DNA from: an uncultured Thermoleophilia bacterium
GTDB taxonomy: Bacteria; Actinomycetota; Thermoleophilia; Gaiellales; Gaiellaceae
Direction of reading: 5' to 3'
Length of the DNA: 64,000 bases
NCBI GenBank assembly: GCA_963820875.1
Contig: CAWGBR010000014.1
Location: 164,255-228,254 of the forward strand
Part shown: piece by piece, positions 9,185 through 19,098 of the stretch
How the letters are laid out: each line of letters opens with the position of its first letter
Position numbering within the stretch: position 1 is the stretch's first letter
Made by a program: the position numbers and the translations under genes
The notes under the pieces: generated by a model
What the model saw: the letters and a program-made list of their open reading frames with translations, nothing else
The model's database searches: none
What the model was told of the DNA's origin: nothing

Positions 9185-10375
9185 CTAGGACGAGGCGAGC
9201 ATCGAGCGCGACTCCGCACGGGCCTCGCGCCACCACACGAGCTCGTACGTGTGCAACGCCAGCCAGACGGCGGTGACGAGCGCCAGCGCGGCGAGTGCCG
9301 GGACCACCATCGCGAGCGGGAGCAGGAGGAAGAGCACGAGCGCGGCCACGGAGCGGCCGCGGCTCAGCCTCACGCGCCGTTCGATCCGCGTCCGGATCGC
9401 CGAGTACGTGAGCAGGTAGATCGCGCTCCCGCCGCAGAGCGCGAAGGCCGTGACCGAGTCGAGGTCCTCGCCGACGTGCGCGACGATGTCCTTCATCGCG
9501 AACGCGAAGAGCACGATGCCCACGATCATCGGGAAATGCGCGTACGTGTACACGTCGCGGGCGAGCGCCACGCGTTCCGCGCCCTGGAGGTCGCCCAGCA
9601 TCCGCTCGCCGCGGATCGAGAAGAAGTCGAAGTACGCAAGCCAGAACGCGGTGGCAACGAGCAGCCCGAGGATCGCCGCCACGACCTCGCCCAGCCCGAT
9701 GCCGATCCCTGTCGCGCCGATCCCGATCGCGATGAACGCCTCGCCGAGCGCGATGATCAGCACGAGGCCGTTGCGCTCGGCGAAGTGCGACGGGTGCAGA
9801 TACCAGCCCGTCGAGCCGCTCAGCGCGGCGCCGACGTAGGTGCACACGAGCGCGGCGAGCCAAAGCCATGTGCGTGCGCCGTCCGTGAAGCCCGCGACGA
9901 GGATCAGGGTCGCGCCGCCGAGCGACCACGGCGCCAGCCGAAGCACGGCGCCGAGCAGGTCCCGGCTCCCGCGGCCGGCGAGGGCGTAGAGCGCTACGTG
10001 CATCACGCAGACGACGAGGAAAGCGGCGCCGAACAGCACGCCCTCGTCGTCGAACACGCCCGGCACCACGAGCGCCGCCACGAACATCGCGATCAGCGCG
10101 ACGAGCAGGGCGGCGCCGACGACGCCCTCCTCGGGGTCGACGATGTTCGTCAGCCACGCGTAGGCCGACCACGCCCACCAGAGCGCGGCCAGCACGAGCA
10201 CGCCGCGGCCGATCCCGGCGAACGTCGGGTCTTCGGCGAGCAGCGTCGCGACCTGCGTGAACGCGAACACGAAGACGAGGTCGAAGAAGAGCTCCCGCGG
10301 CGTGACGCGGTGCTCGCGTTCGACTGCCGTCGCGGCCACCTCCGCGACCTTACTCCGCGTTGTCGCGGGACGCAA
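9185..10375 (-). CDS. low temperature requirement protein A (LtrA) family membrane protein
   Basis: Intact 396 aa. RVTPRELFFDLVFVFAFTQV plus a multi-TM body is the LtrA hallmark. Confidence 0.85.
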   Translation of the reverse strand: MRPATTRSKVAEVAATAVEREHRVTPRELFFDLVFVFAFTQVATLLAEDPTFAGIGRGVLVLAALWWAWSAYAWLTNIVDPEEGVVGAALLVALIAMFVAALVVPGVFDDEGVLFGAAFLVVCVMHVALYALAGRGSRDLLGAVLRLAPWSLGGATLILVAGFTDGARTWLWLAALVCTYVGAALSGSTGWYLHPSHFAERNGLVLIIALGEAFIAIGIGATGIGIGLGEVVAAILGLLVATAFWLAYFDFFSIRGERMLGDLQGAERVALARDVYTYAHFPMIVGIVLFAFAMKDIVAHVGEDLDSVTAFALCGGSAIYLLTYSAIRTRIERRVRLSRGRSVAALVLFLLLPLAMVVPALAALALVTAVWLALHTYELVWWREARAESRSMLASS

Positions 10376-10417
10376 CGCAGGGAAGGGCGCGAGGCAGCCT
10401 CACTTCGAAACGCGGGC

Positions 10418-10705
10418 CTAGACTGGTTGGCTCCCCGCCTGGCTCCGGCGCGCGAACCGCGCAAGATACGTCGCAACGTCGAGGGCGACGCCGAAGGCGA
10501 CGAAGATCCATCCGGCTCCGCTCACGCCCTCGATGGGGGCCCAGGCCAGCGCATAGAAGAGCACCGTCCACGGGGCGAAAAGGAGACCGAGCAGCGGCCA
10601 GACCCATGTGTCGTATGCCAGTTCGACCCGGTCGCCAAAAATCCAGACAAATGCGAGCGCAAGGCGCGGCCCGATCCCGGCAGCCAGGAGAAGGATGCAG
10701 CACAT
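10418..10705 (-). CDS. hypothetical small membrane protein
   Basis: 95-aa ORF from ATG 10705 (MCCILLLAAGIGPRLALAFVWIF...) with three hydrophobic spans. No family recognised. Confidence 0.5.
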   Translation of the reverse strand: MCCILLLAAGIGPRLALAFVWIFGDRVELAYDTWVWPLLGLLFAPWTVLFYALAWAPIEGVSGAGWIFVAFGVALDVATYLARFARRSQAGSQPV

Positions 10706-10894
10706 CGCGCGTGATTCTCGCACCTGCGCGTTGCGATGGCGAATCCGCCGAGCTCGAACCGCGCGCCGAGCTCGACGGAACGGAGACATCGCGGTACCGG
10801 GAGGGCGAGACCGTCAGGGTCTCCGCGAGCCGGAGTGGCACGAGTGTTCCGATGTCTCGCGGCTCGCGCTGCCACATTTGGCCCCTGTCTCGGA

Positions 10895-11104
10895 CTACAC
10901 GTCGACGCCAAGCCTGCGCAACTCGACGATCGCCGATCTGCGCCAGCGGATCGTGCCGGGAGAGAAGGGCAGCATGAACGGCATCCCGTTCGCTTTTCGA
11001 AGCGGCTTGCCGTCCCGCAGAACGCGGTAGTGCCCTGGCGTCGACTCAACGGTGAGCCCAGCGGCTTCGAGCCGGCGGATGAACTCTCGAACGTCCTTCC
11101 TCAT
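10895..11104 (-). CDS. hypothetical small basic protein (weakly HicA/YcfA-like)
   Basis: 69-aa ORF from ATG 11104: MRKDVREFIRRLEAAGLTVESTPGHYRVLRDGKPL... The resemblance is only by eye and there is no partner gene. Confidence 0.45.
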   Translation of the reverse strand: MRKDVREFIRRLEAAGLTVESTPGHYRVLRDGKPLRKANGMPFMLPFSPGTIRWRRSAIVELRRLGVDV

Positions 11105-11297
11105 CCGCGTCTCATTGTCGCCGCCAGGCTGCCCTGAGGCGAGCGCGCCGCTTTCGCGACCAGTCGGGGCAGTCCCAGGGCGACTCCCGTGTCGAGATTG
11201 TCCCTCAGGCCCGGGTTGGGGGGGCGGCGGTCGGCGGCGCTGTCCAGGAAGCCGCGGTGCCCTCATGCCCGGGATTCGACGGCATGAGCTCCCCTCG

Positions 11298-12542
11298 CTA
11301 GCGGTAACGTTCGGAGTAGGCGGCGGTCGCGGCCTGAAAGCACTCGATCGGCGCGCGGATGAATCCGGCGCCGATCTGGCCCCCGTCGCGTCCCGGAATG
11401 CCGACGTCCATCGCCGGGGTGATGCCGGTCTCGACGACCTTCAATACGTCGATCCCGGTCGGCGTACCGCGGTAGTCGAAGACGGGGATCGCGTACCGCG
11501 TGTGCTCCCCGACGGTGATCCGGTATAGCTCGAGATTGCGGTCGATCATGGACTGGGCCGTGCCGCCCTGATAGCGCTGCAGCGCAAGAGCCGCCGCCTG
11601 CGCGAAGCCGCCGAGCCCGGCTGTCTCGGCGATGATCGACTCGCCGCCCATCCAGGTGATCTCAGCCTCGGTGTGACCCTCGAAGAGCTTGGCCTGGACA
11701 GTCGCGTGTGGCCCGTGGAACCACGTGCTCGCCAAGGCCCGACACCCGGATGGAGAACCCCCGGCAAGAGAACGTCATGGCCGTCACGACGCTCGAGCCA
11801 TCGATTCCGTGCGCCGCGTCACAGGCCGCTTTGCAGGCAGCCATCGAGAGCCGCAGGAAGTGATAGTCGTTGCCGTCGAACGCCTCATAAAGTGCGCGAA
11901 CTCCTGCCTCCTCGGAGCGCGCGACCTCAAGCAGGGGCACTGCCAGCGCCTCCTCGAAGAGCAGCGTCGCGGCCGCGCTGCGCGAGTGCAGCTCGTCGCC
12001 CATCTGCAGCGCGCGCCTGATGATCGGCGCGAGCTCGACGCCGCCACGCCGGCGCACAGCCTCGCCGAGGACGGGGCCGAGCACCTCGGTTGACGTGCAG
12101 CAGGCGCTCGCGGACACCCTCGTCGTAGCAGCCGTAGTTGAGCCGGCGTCGCTCCTTGCCTTCGTAGAAGTTGCAGAACGCCCGGTTACCGAAGGGACGA
12201 TTCTCGACGACGAAGACCGGCATGGACGCCGTGTAGACGCCGGCCAGCGAGCCCACGCAGCCGTAGTCGTGGCAACTGTCGACCCGAATCACGCCGGCCT
12301 CGAGCTGCGCGATCGCCTCGTCGCGGCTCCCGGCCAGACCTTCGAAGAGCGCGGCGCCGATGATCGCCTCACGCTGCCCGCCGACGTACTCCTTGAACGC
12401 CAGGGGTGCGCCCGAGGTCAGGATCAGGTTCGGCGTCGTAGCCGGGCACGACCTCGCCGGCGGGGCGCACGTCGACCAGGGTGGGCTCGGACTCGCAGAG
12501 CCGCCGAAGCGCCTCGGCGTTCGCGGCGCGGCGGTCGCTCAC
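11298..12542 (-). pseudogene. DUF1116 (YlbE-like) protein, >=3 frame interruptions
   Basis: GTG 12542 overlaps the SDR stop (GTGA). The sequence is recoverable only by joining four frame segments: EPTLVDVRPAGEVVPGYDAE; IRVDSCHDYGCVGSLAGVYTASMPVFVVENRPFGNRAFCNFYEG; GDELHSRSAAATLLFEEAL...DGNDYHFLRLSMAACKAA; WFHGPHATVQAKLFEG...GGFAQAAALALQRYQGG. Confidence 0.75.
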
Positions 12543-13265
12543 AGCGCCGTGACGCCGCCGTCGGCGACGATCGTCGCTCCCGTCATGTATGAGGCCCGGT
12601 CCGACAGCAGGAACTCGACGATCTCAGCCATCTCGTCGACCGTGCCGAGCCGCTCGAGCGGAATGGTCGGTACCAATGCGTCCTCGCCGCCGGACACGGC
12701 CTGCATCGACGGGCTCATGGGCACCGCGATGTAGCCGGGCGCGAGGCAGTTGACCCGTACGCCTTGCCCCGCGAGCTCGCACGCCAGGTAGCGGGTGTAA
12801 GCGATCACGCCCGCCTTCGATGCCCCGTACATGGAGGCGCCTCTCAGCCGCCCGATCAGGCCCGTGAGACTCGCGATGTTGACGATCGCAGAGCCTTCGC
12901 CGAGGTACGGCCACGCAGGCCTTGTTGACGCGGGCCATGCCCGCAACGTTCACGCGCCAGAGAGTGTCCATCTCGTCCTCGCCGGCTTCCGCGACAGGCG
13001 TGAAACGGACGAGTCCGGCGCAGTTGACGACTCCTCGCAGCCGCCCGGCAGCGCTCGCTGCAGCGACCGCGGCATCGACCGACGCCTGGTCGCGGACGTC
13101 CATCTCCACCGCCACGATCGCGCCGTCATGGGCGCTCGGGTCGTCGGCCGCGATCGCATCCGCGAGGTCCCCCGCAAAGACGATGTAGCCCTCCTGCGCC
13201 AGGCGCCGGTTGATCGCTTGACCGATCCCGCCGGCCCCGCCGGTCACGATCGCGACGTCCGTCAT
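12539..13265 (-). pseudogene. SDR family oxidoreductase, one frame interruption
   Basis: N-terminus MTDVAIVTGGAGGIGQAI is in the ORF 12624..13352 frame. C-terminus NIASLTG...YGASKAGVIAYTRYLA...ADGGVTAL is in ORF 12539..12946. The switch is near 12900-12950. Confidence 0.8.
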
Positions 13266-13462
13266 GTGGGCCTCCTTCCTCCTCGATGCCACGCTCTGCC
13301 AGGGTGTCGAGGATTTTCTCGTCCGCTCCCCTCCGGCTTGTTCATCGCGCAAGCTTAGGGCGCGCGACGAGCGTTTAGGATCCCGCCCGTGCAGTTCGTC
13401 GTCGTGGGCGCGCGGGGCTTCACCGGAATGGCGCTGATGATCGCGTCGACCTCGAATCCGCT

Positions 13463-14194
13463 GTGACCGACGTCCGCGTCGCCCTCGTCACGGGTGCAGG
13501 GGGCGCCATCGGCGGCGCGGTCGCGCGAACGCTCGCCGGGGACGGGTTCGCGGTCGCCTGCACCGATCTCGACCTGGAGGCCGCCCGGGCGCACGCTGAC
13601 TCGATCCCCGGCGCTTGCGCGTTCCGTTGCGACGTGCGCAGCGAGCGCCAGGTGCTGCGCCTGCGCGATCGCGTTGAACGGGCCGTCGGAGCTCCCTCGC
13701 TGCTCGTGAACGCTGCCGGCGCCTTCTTCGAGCATCGCATCACCGACCTGGACGAGCGAGACTGGGATCTGCTGATCGACGTCAATCTCAAGGGCACGTT
13801 CCTGACCTGCAAGACGTTCCTCCCGGCCATGATCGCGGCAGGGTCAGGCTGCATCGTGAACATCGCGTCCACCGCCGGTATTCGCGGCGGCAGCACGCGC
13901 GCGGCCTACTGCGCGGCCAAAGGCGGTGTCGTGATCCTCACCCGAAGCCTCGCGCTCGATCACGGTCCCGACGGCGTGAGAGTGAACTGCGTGTGCCCGG
14001 GCCTCGTGGACACGCCGATGGCTGACTGGATCAGGCTCGACCAGGAGCGACTCGAAACGTGGGAGCAGACGGTACCCGCGCGGCGAATCGGCACCGTCGA
14101 CGATGTGGCCTCGGCCGTCTCGTTCCTGGCCTCGCCGGGCGCCGACTACATGCACGGCGCGTTGCTCGTGGTCGACGGCGGTACGACCGCCTAA
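13463..14194 (+). CDS. SDR family oxidoreductase
   Basis: Intact 243 aa from GTG 13463, with TGAGGAIG, NAAG and YCAAKGG. Confidence 0.9.
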   Translation: MTDVRVALVTGAGGAIGGAVARTLAGDGFAVACTDLDLEAARAHADSIPGACAFRCDVRSERQVLRLRDRVERAVGAPSLLVNAAGAFFEHRITDLDERDWDLLIDVNLKGTFLTCKTFLPAMIAAGSGCIVNIASTAGIRGGSTRAAYCAAKGGVVILTRSLALDHGPDGVRVNCVCPGLVDTPMADWIRLDQERLETWEQTVPARRIGTVDDVASAVSFLASPGADYMHGALLVVDGGTTA

Positions 14195-14284
14195 CCGTTC
14201 CCAAGACAGGAGGACATGGCAGGGGCTGAAACGACGTCGAGGGCGAGGGTTCGTGCGCATCGCCGCTCTGAGAACGCCTGGCGC

Positions 14285-14893
14285 TTAGAAGCCCCCACCG
14301 AAGTCGCCCCCGCCGAAGTCGCCCCCGCCCAGATCAGCGCCGAAGTCGCCGGCGTCACCGGCATCGGCGTCGGCGTCGGCCTGCCCCGTGTCGTCGCCCT
14401 CGGCGGAACCCTGATCGTCGCTCGCATCCCCGAAGAACTGCTCGGCGATCGCGCTCCCGACCAGGATGCCGGCGAAGGCACTCAAGAAGCTGCCGCCCAT
14501 CAACCCGCCGTAACCGATGCCGCGAGACCCCATCCCACCGAACGAGCGCTCGAGCGCACCAGGCTGGCGCATCTCAGTGCGCGTCGCCAGTCGCGCCAGC
14601 GAGCGCGGGTCGTCTTCATAGCGAACGCCGGCCGCCTGCTCGTGCTCGGGCAGCTCGCGGGTCAGCTCCTCGAGCACCATCCGGCGCTGCTCCGGCGTCA
14701 GCTGGGCAAACGCCTCCGCGTGCGCCTCCTCGATCGTCTCCGGCGGCGCTGTCCGCAGCAGGTAGCGGTAACGCTCGAGCGCTTGCTCGTCAGCGCTCGT
14801 ACCCGGCTCTTGACGGACCCGCCCCTCATCGGTCGGCACCGATCCCGGTTCTTGCCTGCCTCCACCGCCGAAGAGTCGTCGCAAAGCGTCCAT
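14285..14893 (-). CDS. hypothetical protein with Gly/Asp-rich C-terminal repeats
   Basis: Intact 202-aa ORF. The tail ends GGGDFGGGDFGGGF and is encoded by short tandem DNA repeats at 14285-14335. No family recognised. Confidence 0.65.
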   Translation of the reverse strand: MDALRRLFGGGGRQEPGSVPTDEGRVRQEPGTSADEQALERYRYLLRTAPPETIEEAHAEAFAQLTPEQRRMVLEELTRELPEHEQAAGVRYEDDPRSLARLATRTEMRQPGALERSFGGMGSRGIGYGGLMGGSFLSAFAGILVGSAIAEQFFGDASDDQGSAEGDDTGQADADADAGDAGDFGADLGGGDFGGGDFGGGF

Positions 14894-15321
14894 GACCTGC
14901 TGCCTCCTGATGAGGCTACTCGATCGCCTGGTCTCTGGCGGCGGCCGGGTCTAGCGAGCTCGGCAGCACAGCCGGCGACAACCAAGAATAAAGACCCGTT
15001 TCCAGGCCCTTTCTCTGATGGGAGGACTGGGCTAGAAGCAGCCTGCAAGCCGGCACTTTCCGGCCGTCCGGTCCGGCACCGGCTCGCACGAATAGCACGG
15101 TGCGCTGAGGCTCACGTGGAGGGCAGATCGAGCTCGTAGCGGGTCGCGGAGTTGGTCCCGTCGCGGTAGGCGGGTGAGTGGGTGACGATGCCGGCGTTTC
15201 GGAAGCCCGCCTGCGCTGGAACGCCGGACAAACCGAACGCGACGGCGGCGCGTATAGCGGGAAGCGAGGGGCGGCGACCCTGCGTCGCACGCCAACACAC
15301 AGACTCGAGGGGAGGTCGAGG

Positions 15322-15852
15322 ATGAGCAGGCTCCGACTCTATTTGGTGGTTTCAGGAGCGCTCCTAGTCGCGGTCGGTGTCGGGACGTACGCGCTGGCCG
15401 GCGGCGGGAGCAACCGGTTCCAGGCGAAGACGTTGATCGGCTTCGAGGAGAACCCGGATATCTCGACCGCGGCGAGCGGCCGACTGCAGCTGAGGGTCAA
15501 CGAGGGTGCGCAGACCATCACGTACACGCTCCGGTACTCGGGGCTCGAGGGGACCGTGCAGCAGGCGCACGTCCACTTCGGCAAGCGCGGCGTGAACGGC
15601 GGCATCATGTTGTTCCTGTGCTCGAATCTCGACAACGCGCCGGACGGCACGCCCGCCTGCCCGCAGTCGGGCACCGTGGCGCGTACGGCTCCTGCGTCGG
15701 ACGTCCTCGCCATCGACGCCCAGGGAATCGAGGCAGGGAACTTCGCGGAGCTGGTCGCCGCCATGCGCGCCGGACGCGCGTACGCGAACGTCCACTCCGA
15801 GAAGTGGCCGGGCGGCGAGATCCGGTCTCAGATCGCGGTCCAGAAGACCTGA
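15322..15852 (+). CDS. CHRD domain-containing secreted protein
   Basis: ATG 15322 follows GGGGAGG. N-terminal anchor, then AHVHFGKRGVNGGIMLFL and AYANVHSEKWPGGEIRSQI, which are CHRD signatures. Confidence 0.8.
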   Translation: MSRLRLYLVVSGALLVAVGVGTYALAGGGSNRFQAKTLIGFEENPDISTAASGRLQLRVNEGAQTITYTLRYSGLEGTVQQAHVHFGKRGVNGGIMLFLCSNLDNAPDGTPACPQSGTVARTAPASDVLAIDAQGIEAGNFAELVAAMRAGRAYANVHSEKWPGGEIRSQIAVQKT

Positions 15853-16421
15853 CCTTCCGCGGGCGCTCCAGGCGCGTCGAAGATCCAAGTCATCGGCGCG
15901 CCTGGAGGCCCCGCCATCCCTGCGCGCTGACGACCTCGAACCGCCCACGTGGACGCGAGCCTGAGAATGGGCAGGGGGTCGTTCGCCCGGCGTGAGCGCG
16001 TACCTGGGTGGTCGCATCCAACGTCGCCACCCACCGAGTGAGCTCGACGAGCGCGAGCTTCGACGAGCGAGACAAGCAACGCGAGCGAGACGAGCGCGCG
16101 TGACCGCGCGAATCGTTTGGCCCGCTATTGGCCCGCGAGCTCGAGGACGTCTCCGTGGGAGCCCATCCGCACGGCGTCGCGGTCGCCGTGATCCCTTAAC
16201 CGGCACGCAGCGCCCATGGCTCGGTCGGCTTGAGCTGTTCCGCCTATCCCCAGCCGCAACCAGTGTTCCTCGCCCAGACCGGCTCGAGACCGTTCACCTA
16301 CCCCTTCCCCCGCCTCCCCTTCTCAGCCAATCGCCGTCACGTTCCCCCAACCTGGTCCCCCTTGCGGCAGTGCTTCCGCGCGATGCAAGACACGCACGTT
16401 CCCTCGGCGCCAACGTGACGG

Positions 16422-16451
16422 TTGGAGCTTTCCGGGGCCGGCTGTTAGACT
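16422..16451 (+). promoter_or_regulatory. candidate promoter of the CHAT locus
   Basis: TTGGAG (16422-16427), an 18-nt spacer, then TAGACT (16446-16451), 15 nt before ATG 16467. This is sequence resemblance to housekeeping-sigma hexamers only. Confidence 0.3.
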
Positions 16452-16466
16452 CGCCGGTCGAGCGTC

Positions 16467-16682
16467 ATGGCGCTCACGCTCCGGATCCGCGTTCCGCGCG
16501 CGCTGGGCACCTTTCTTTTCGGGCGTGGCGCGCCGCCTCCCCCGATCTTGGGTGGCCGTCCGGTGGACTTGGCGGAGGTCGAGTCGCGGCTGCGTAGGCT
16601 CGAGCAGCAGGTAGCGGAACTGCCGCCGACGTCACCTGAAGTTGCCCGGTTATCTGAACGACCTGGGCAACAGGCTGCGTGA
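16467..16682 (+). CDS. probable N-terminal segment of the CHAT protease gene, one frame off
   Basis: 71-aa ORF with the same A/T3-enriched codon usage as the CHAT gene. Removing one nt near 16640 gives ...AELPPTSPE-LPGYLNDLGN..., a continuous protein of ~876 aa. Confidence 0.5.
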   Translation: MALTLRIRVPRALGTFLFGRGAPPPPILGGRPVDLAEVESRLRRLEQQVAELPPTSPEVARLSERPGQQAA

Positions 16683-19098
16683 TCGCTACTTGTGGACCGA
16701 GGAGCTCTCCGACTTGGAGCGGGCGATCCAGACTTATGAGCAGGCGCTGGAGTCGGCCCCTTCGGTTGACGGCGTTCAGCGCGGGCTGATCTTGAGCAAC
16801 CTGAGTACGGCGCTGCTCAACCGCTACATGAGGCTCGGCACTCTCTCTGACCTAGAGCGCGCTATCGCCTCGGCGAGGGAGGCGGTGGCGTCCGAGGCGC
16901 TCAACACCGACGAGGCGGCGGGGCGGCTCAGCAATCTATCGTACGCGCTGAGCGAGCGGTATCGGCGAACGGCAGATGCCAGCGACGGCGCCGCAGCGAT
17001 CGAGGCCGCGCGGCAAGCGGTCGCGCTCGCCCCGGCAGGCTCGTTCGGGCGATTGTCCGCCCTCCTTAACCTCGGCGCGGCGTTGCTGATGGGTGCAGGC
17101 GGCACGCGGGAGCGGGCCGACATCGACGAGGCCGTGCACGCGTTCGAGGAAGTCATCGCTGATATGCCGTCGAGTCGGCCAGAGCGTGCGCAGGCGCTCC
17201 TCGACCTCGGTATAGCGCTGAGGTATCGCTATCAGCTCGACCCAACCGATCCGGCGGACCGCGACCGGGCGCTCGCGGTGCTGCAGGAGGCCATTGCCGA
17301 GGCGACCGACGGCTCACCCACGCTGGCAGCGTCGCTGCACGCGATCGGGACAGCACTCTGGGAGCGTTACAACGAGCTCGGTTTGGCGGCCGACCTAGCA
17401 AGCGCTGGTCACGCGCTCGAGCGGGCTGTCGCGCGCACCCCCGACGATTCCGCCGACCTGCCCAGGTACCTGAACGCCCAAGCGATCGTGCTCAGCGAGC
17501 AGTTCTATCTGTCGCCCACCGAGGATTTGGCCGAGCTGGAACCAGCGGTTGAGGCGCTCGAACGCGCATGGTCGAATCTCAGCGACACCTTCGCCGGTTC
17601 CCCGGTGGCCTACAAGCTTGGCCAGCAGCGCTCGGCAGCTGAACTCGGGATCGCGGAGCGGCTCGTGGCTTTCCAGCTGCAACGAGCCGCTCTCGACACT
17701 GCGCAGGCGGATGAGGCGCTGCGCCGCGCGATGGTCGTTGCCGAGGGTGAGAAGTCGCGAGTGCTCTCTGAGCTCGTCGCCCGTGGCGACCTGCCGGCGC
17801 CGTCGGTCGCCGCAGCGGAGCTGGTGGCGCGCGAGCGGGAGCTGCTGGCGGATCTGGCCGCGGCAGAAGCGGCGGAGCTCGCAGGCTACGGTCATGCAAT
17901 GGCCGGAGGCGATGCGGCTGCTCGGCTCGAACGTCGTCGCGCTGGAAAGGCCGAACTGGACGCCGTCTGGGACGCGATCGCGCGTGCCGGCCCGGAGGGT
18001 GCCGACTACGTTGCGCTGCGCCGTGGTGAGCCGCCCGAGTGGGAGGACCTGCGCCAACTGGCGGGCGAGCTGGGTCCAGCGACCGCCGTGGTGTCGATGT
18101 TCTCGACGAACTCGAGGACGGTGCTCCTGATCCTGCGCGGGGCCGCGTCTACCCCGGCCGTCGTCGAGGTGGCCCTATCCACGGAGGGCTGGGAGGATCT
18201 GCGGCGGCGCCTGGACCGCGAGATGCGAGTCGCGCGCGGGCGACGTGGCGAGACCTGGCCTCTTTCGGTGCGTCCGCTCTTCGAGAGCGCGGCCGCGCAC
18301 CTGGAGGGCGTTGAGCGGGTCGTCCTGGCTCCCCAGAGCCACAGCCTGCAGGTTCCGTGGGCCGTCGTCGCGCATCGCGCCGGTTGGCATGCGCTGGACG
18401 GGGGGCCAGTCGCGCTGACGACGCTGCCGGCGCTGGGTATCCTGCCGCGTCTGCGAGGGCGCCCGACCGCGACCGGCGGCCCGGTCGTCGTGATCGGCGA
18501 CCCGGTAGGCGACCTGCCGTTTGCGCAGCGCGAGGCCGAAGAGGTGGCCGAGCTCCTCGGTACGACGCCCCTCCTCGCCGACGGGGCCACCCGCGCCGCG
18601 CTTGTTGAGCAGCTCGCGGAGGCGCAGGTCGTGCACCTGGCGACCCATGCCCAGTTCGACCCGTCCTCGCCTCTGGACTCGGGCGTCGTCCTTGCCGATG
18701 GTGTCGTTACTGCCCGCGACGTCCTTCGCATGCGGCTGCGTGCCGAGCTTCTCGTCCTCTCCGCGTGCGAGACCGGCTCCGCGGGCGCCCTCGGCGGCGA
18801 ACTCGCCGGTCTGGCGCAAGCGTTCTTGCAGGCCGGCGCGCGCTCCCTGGTCGTGAGCCTCTGGAAGGTCGATGACGCGGCGACAGCGACGCTCATGAGC
18901 GCTTTTCACGAACGCCGGCAAACCGCCGACACGGCCACCGCCCTAGCGGACGCCATGGAGCAGGTCAGGGCCGCGGTCGGCTCGGACGACGCCTACTCCT
19001 GGGGGCCGTTCGTCCATATGGGTGACTGGCGAGGCGGCGGCGAGTGCCGTACCCTCGCGGCCGAAGAAGGGAGACCGCATGTGGCTACGAGTCCCTGA
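16642..19098 (+). CDS. TPR-repeat CHAT domain (caspase-like) peptidase
   Basis: 818-aa ORF. Seven ~45-aa TPR-like units (YLNDLGNRLRDRY..DLERAI, LSNLSTALLNRY, LSNLSYALSERY, LLNLGAALL, LLDLGIALRYRY, LHAIGTALWERY, LNAQAIVLSEQF). The CHAT domain then carries the dyad VVHLATHAQF / LLVLSACETG (Cys codon 18766-18768). TTG 16642 has no SD, so the true N-terminus is probably in ORF 16467..16682. Confidence 0.9.
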   Translation: MPGYLNDLGNRLRDRYLWTEELSDLERAIQTYEQALESAPSVDGVQRGLILSNLSTALLNRYMRLGTLSDLERAIASAREAVASEALNTDEAAGRLSNLSYALSERYRRTADASDGAAAIEAARQAVALAPAGSFGRLSALLNLGAALLMGAGGTRERADIDEAVHAFEEVIADMPSSRPERAQALLDLGIALRYRYQLDPTDPADRDRALAVLQEAIAEATDGSPTLAASLHAIGTALWERYNELGLAADLASAGHALERAVARTPDDSADLPRYLNAQAIVLSEQFYLSPTEDLAELEPAVEALERAWSNLSDTFAGSPVAYKLGQQRSAAELGIAERLVAFQLQRAALDTAQADEALRRAMVVAEGEKSRVLSELVARGDLPAPSVAAAELVARERELLADLAAAEAAELAGYGHAMAGGDAAARLERRRAGKAELDAVWDAIARAGPEGADYVALRRGEPPEWEDLRQLAGELGPATAVVSMFSTNSRTVLLILRGAASTPAVVEVALSTEGWEDLRRRLDREMRVARGRRGETWPLSVRPLFESAAAHLEGVERVVLAPQSHSLQVPWAVVAHRAGWHALDGGPVALTTLPALGILPRLRGRPTATGGPVVVIGDPVGDLPFAQREAEEVAELLGTTPLLADGATRAALVEQLAEAQVVHLATHAQFDPSSPLDSGVVLADGVVTARDVLRMRLRAELLVLSACETGSAGALGGELAGLAQAFLQAGARSLVVSLWKVDDAATATLMSAFHERRQTADTATALADAMEQVRAAVGSDDAYSWGPFVHMGDWRGGGECRTLAAEEGRPHVATSP

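Noticed and set aside
10895-11104. HicA-HicB toxin-antitoxin module
   Set aside because: The resemblance to HicA is weak and by eye only. No HicB-like or other antitoxin ORF is adjacent.
15935-15942. Possible att-like direct repeat of the tRNA 3' half (CTCGAACC)
   Set aside because: Only 8 nt match, the flanking bases diverge, and the match is compatible with chance.
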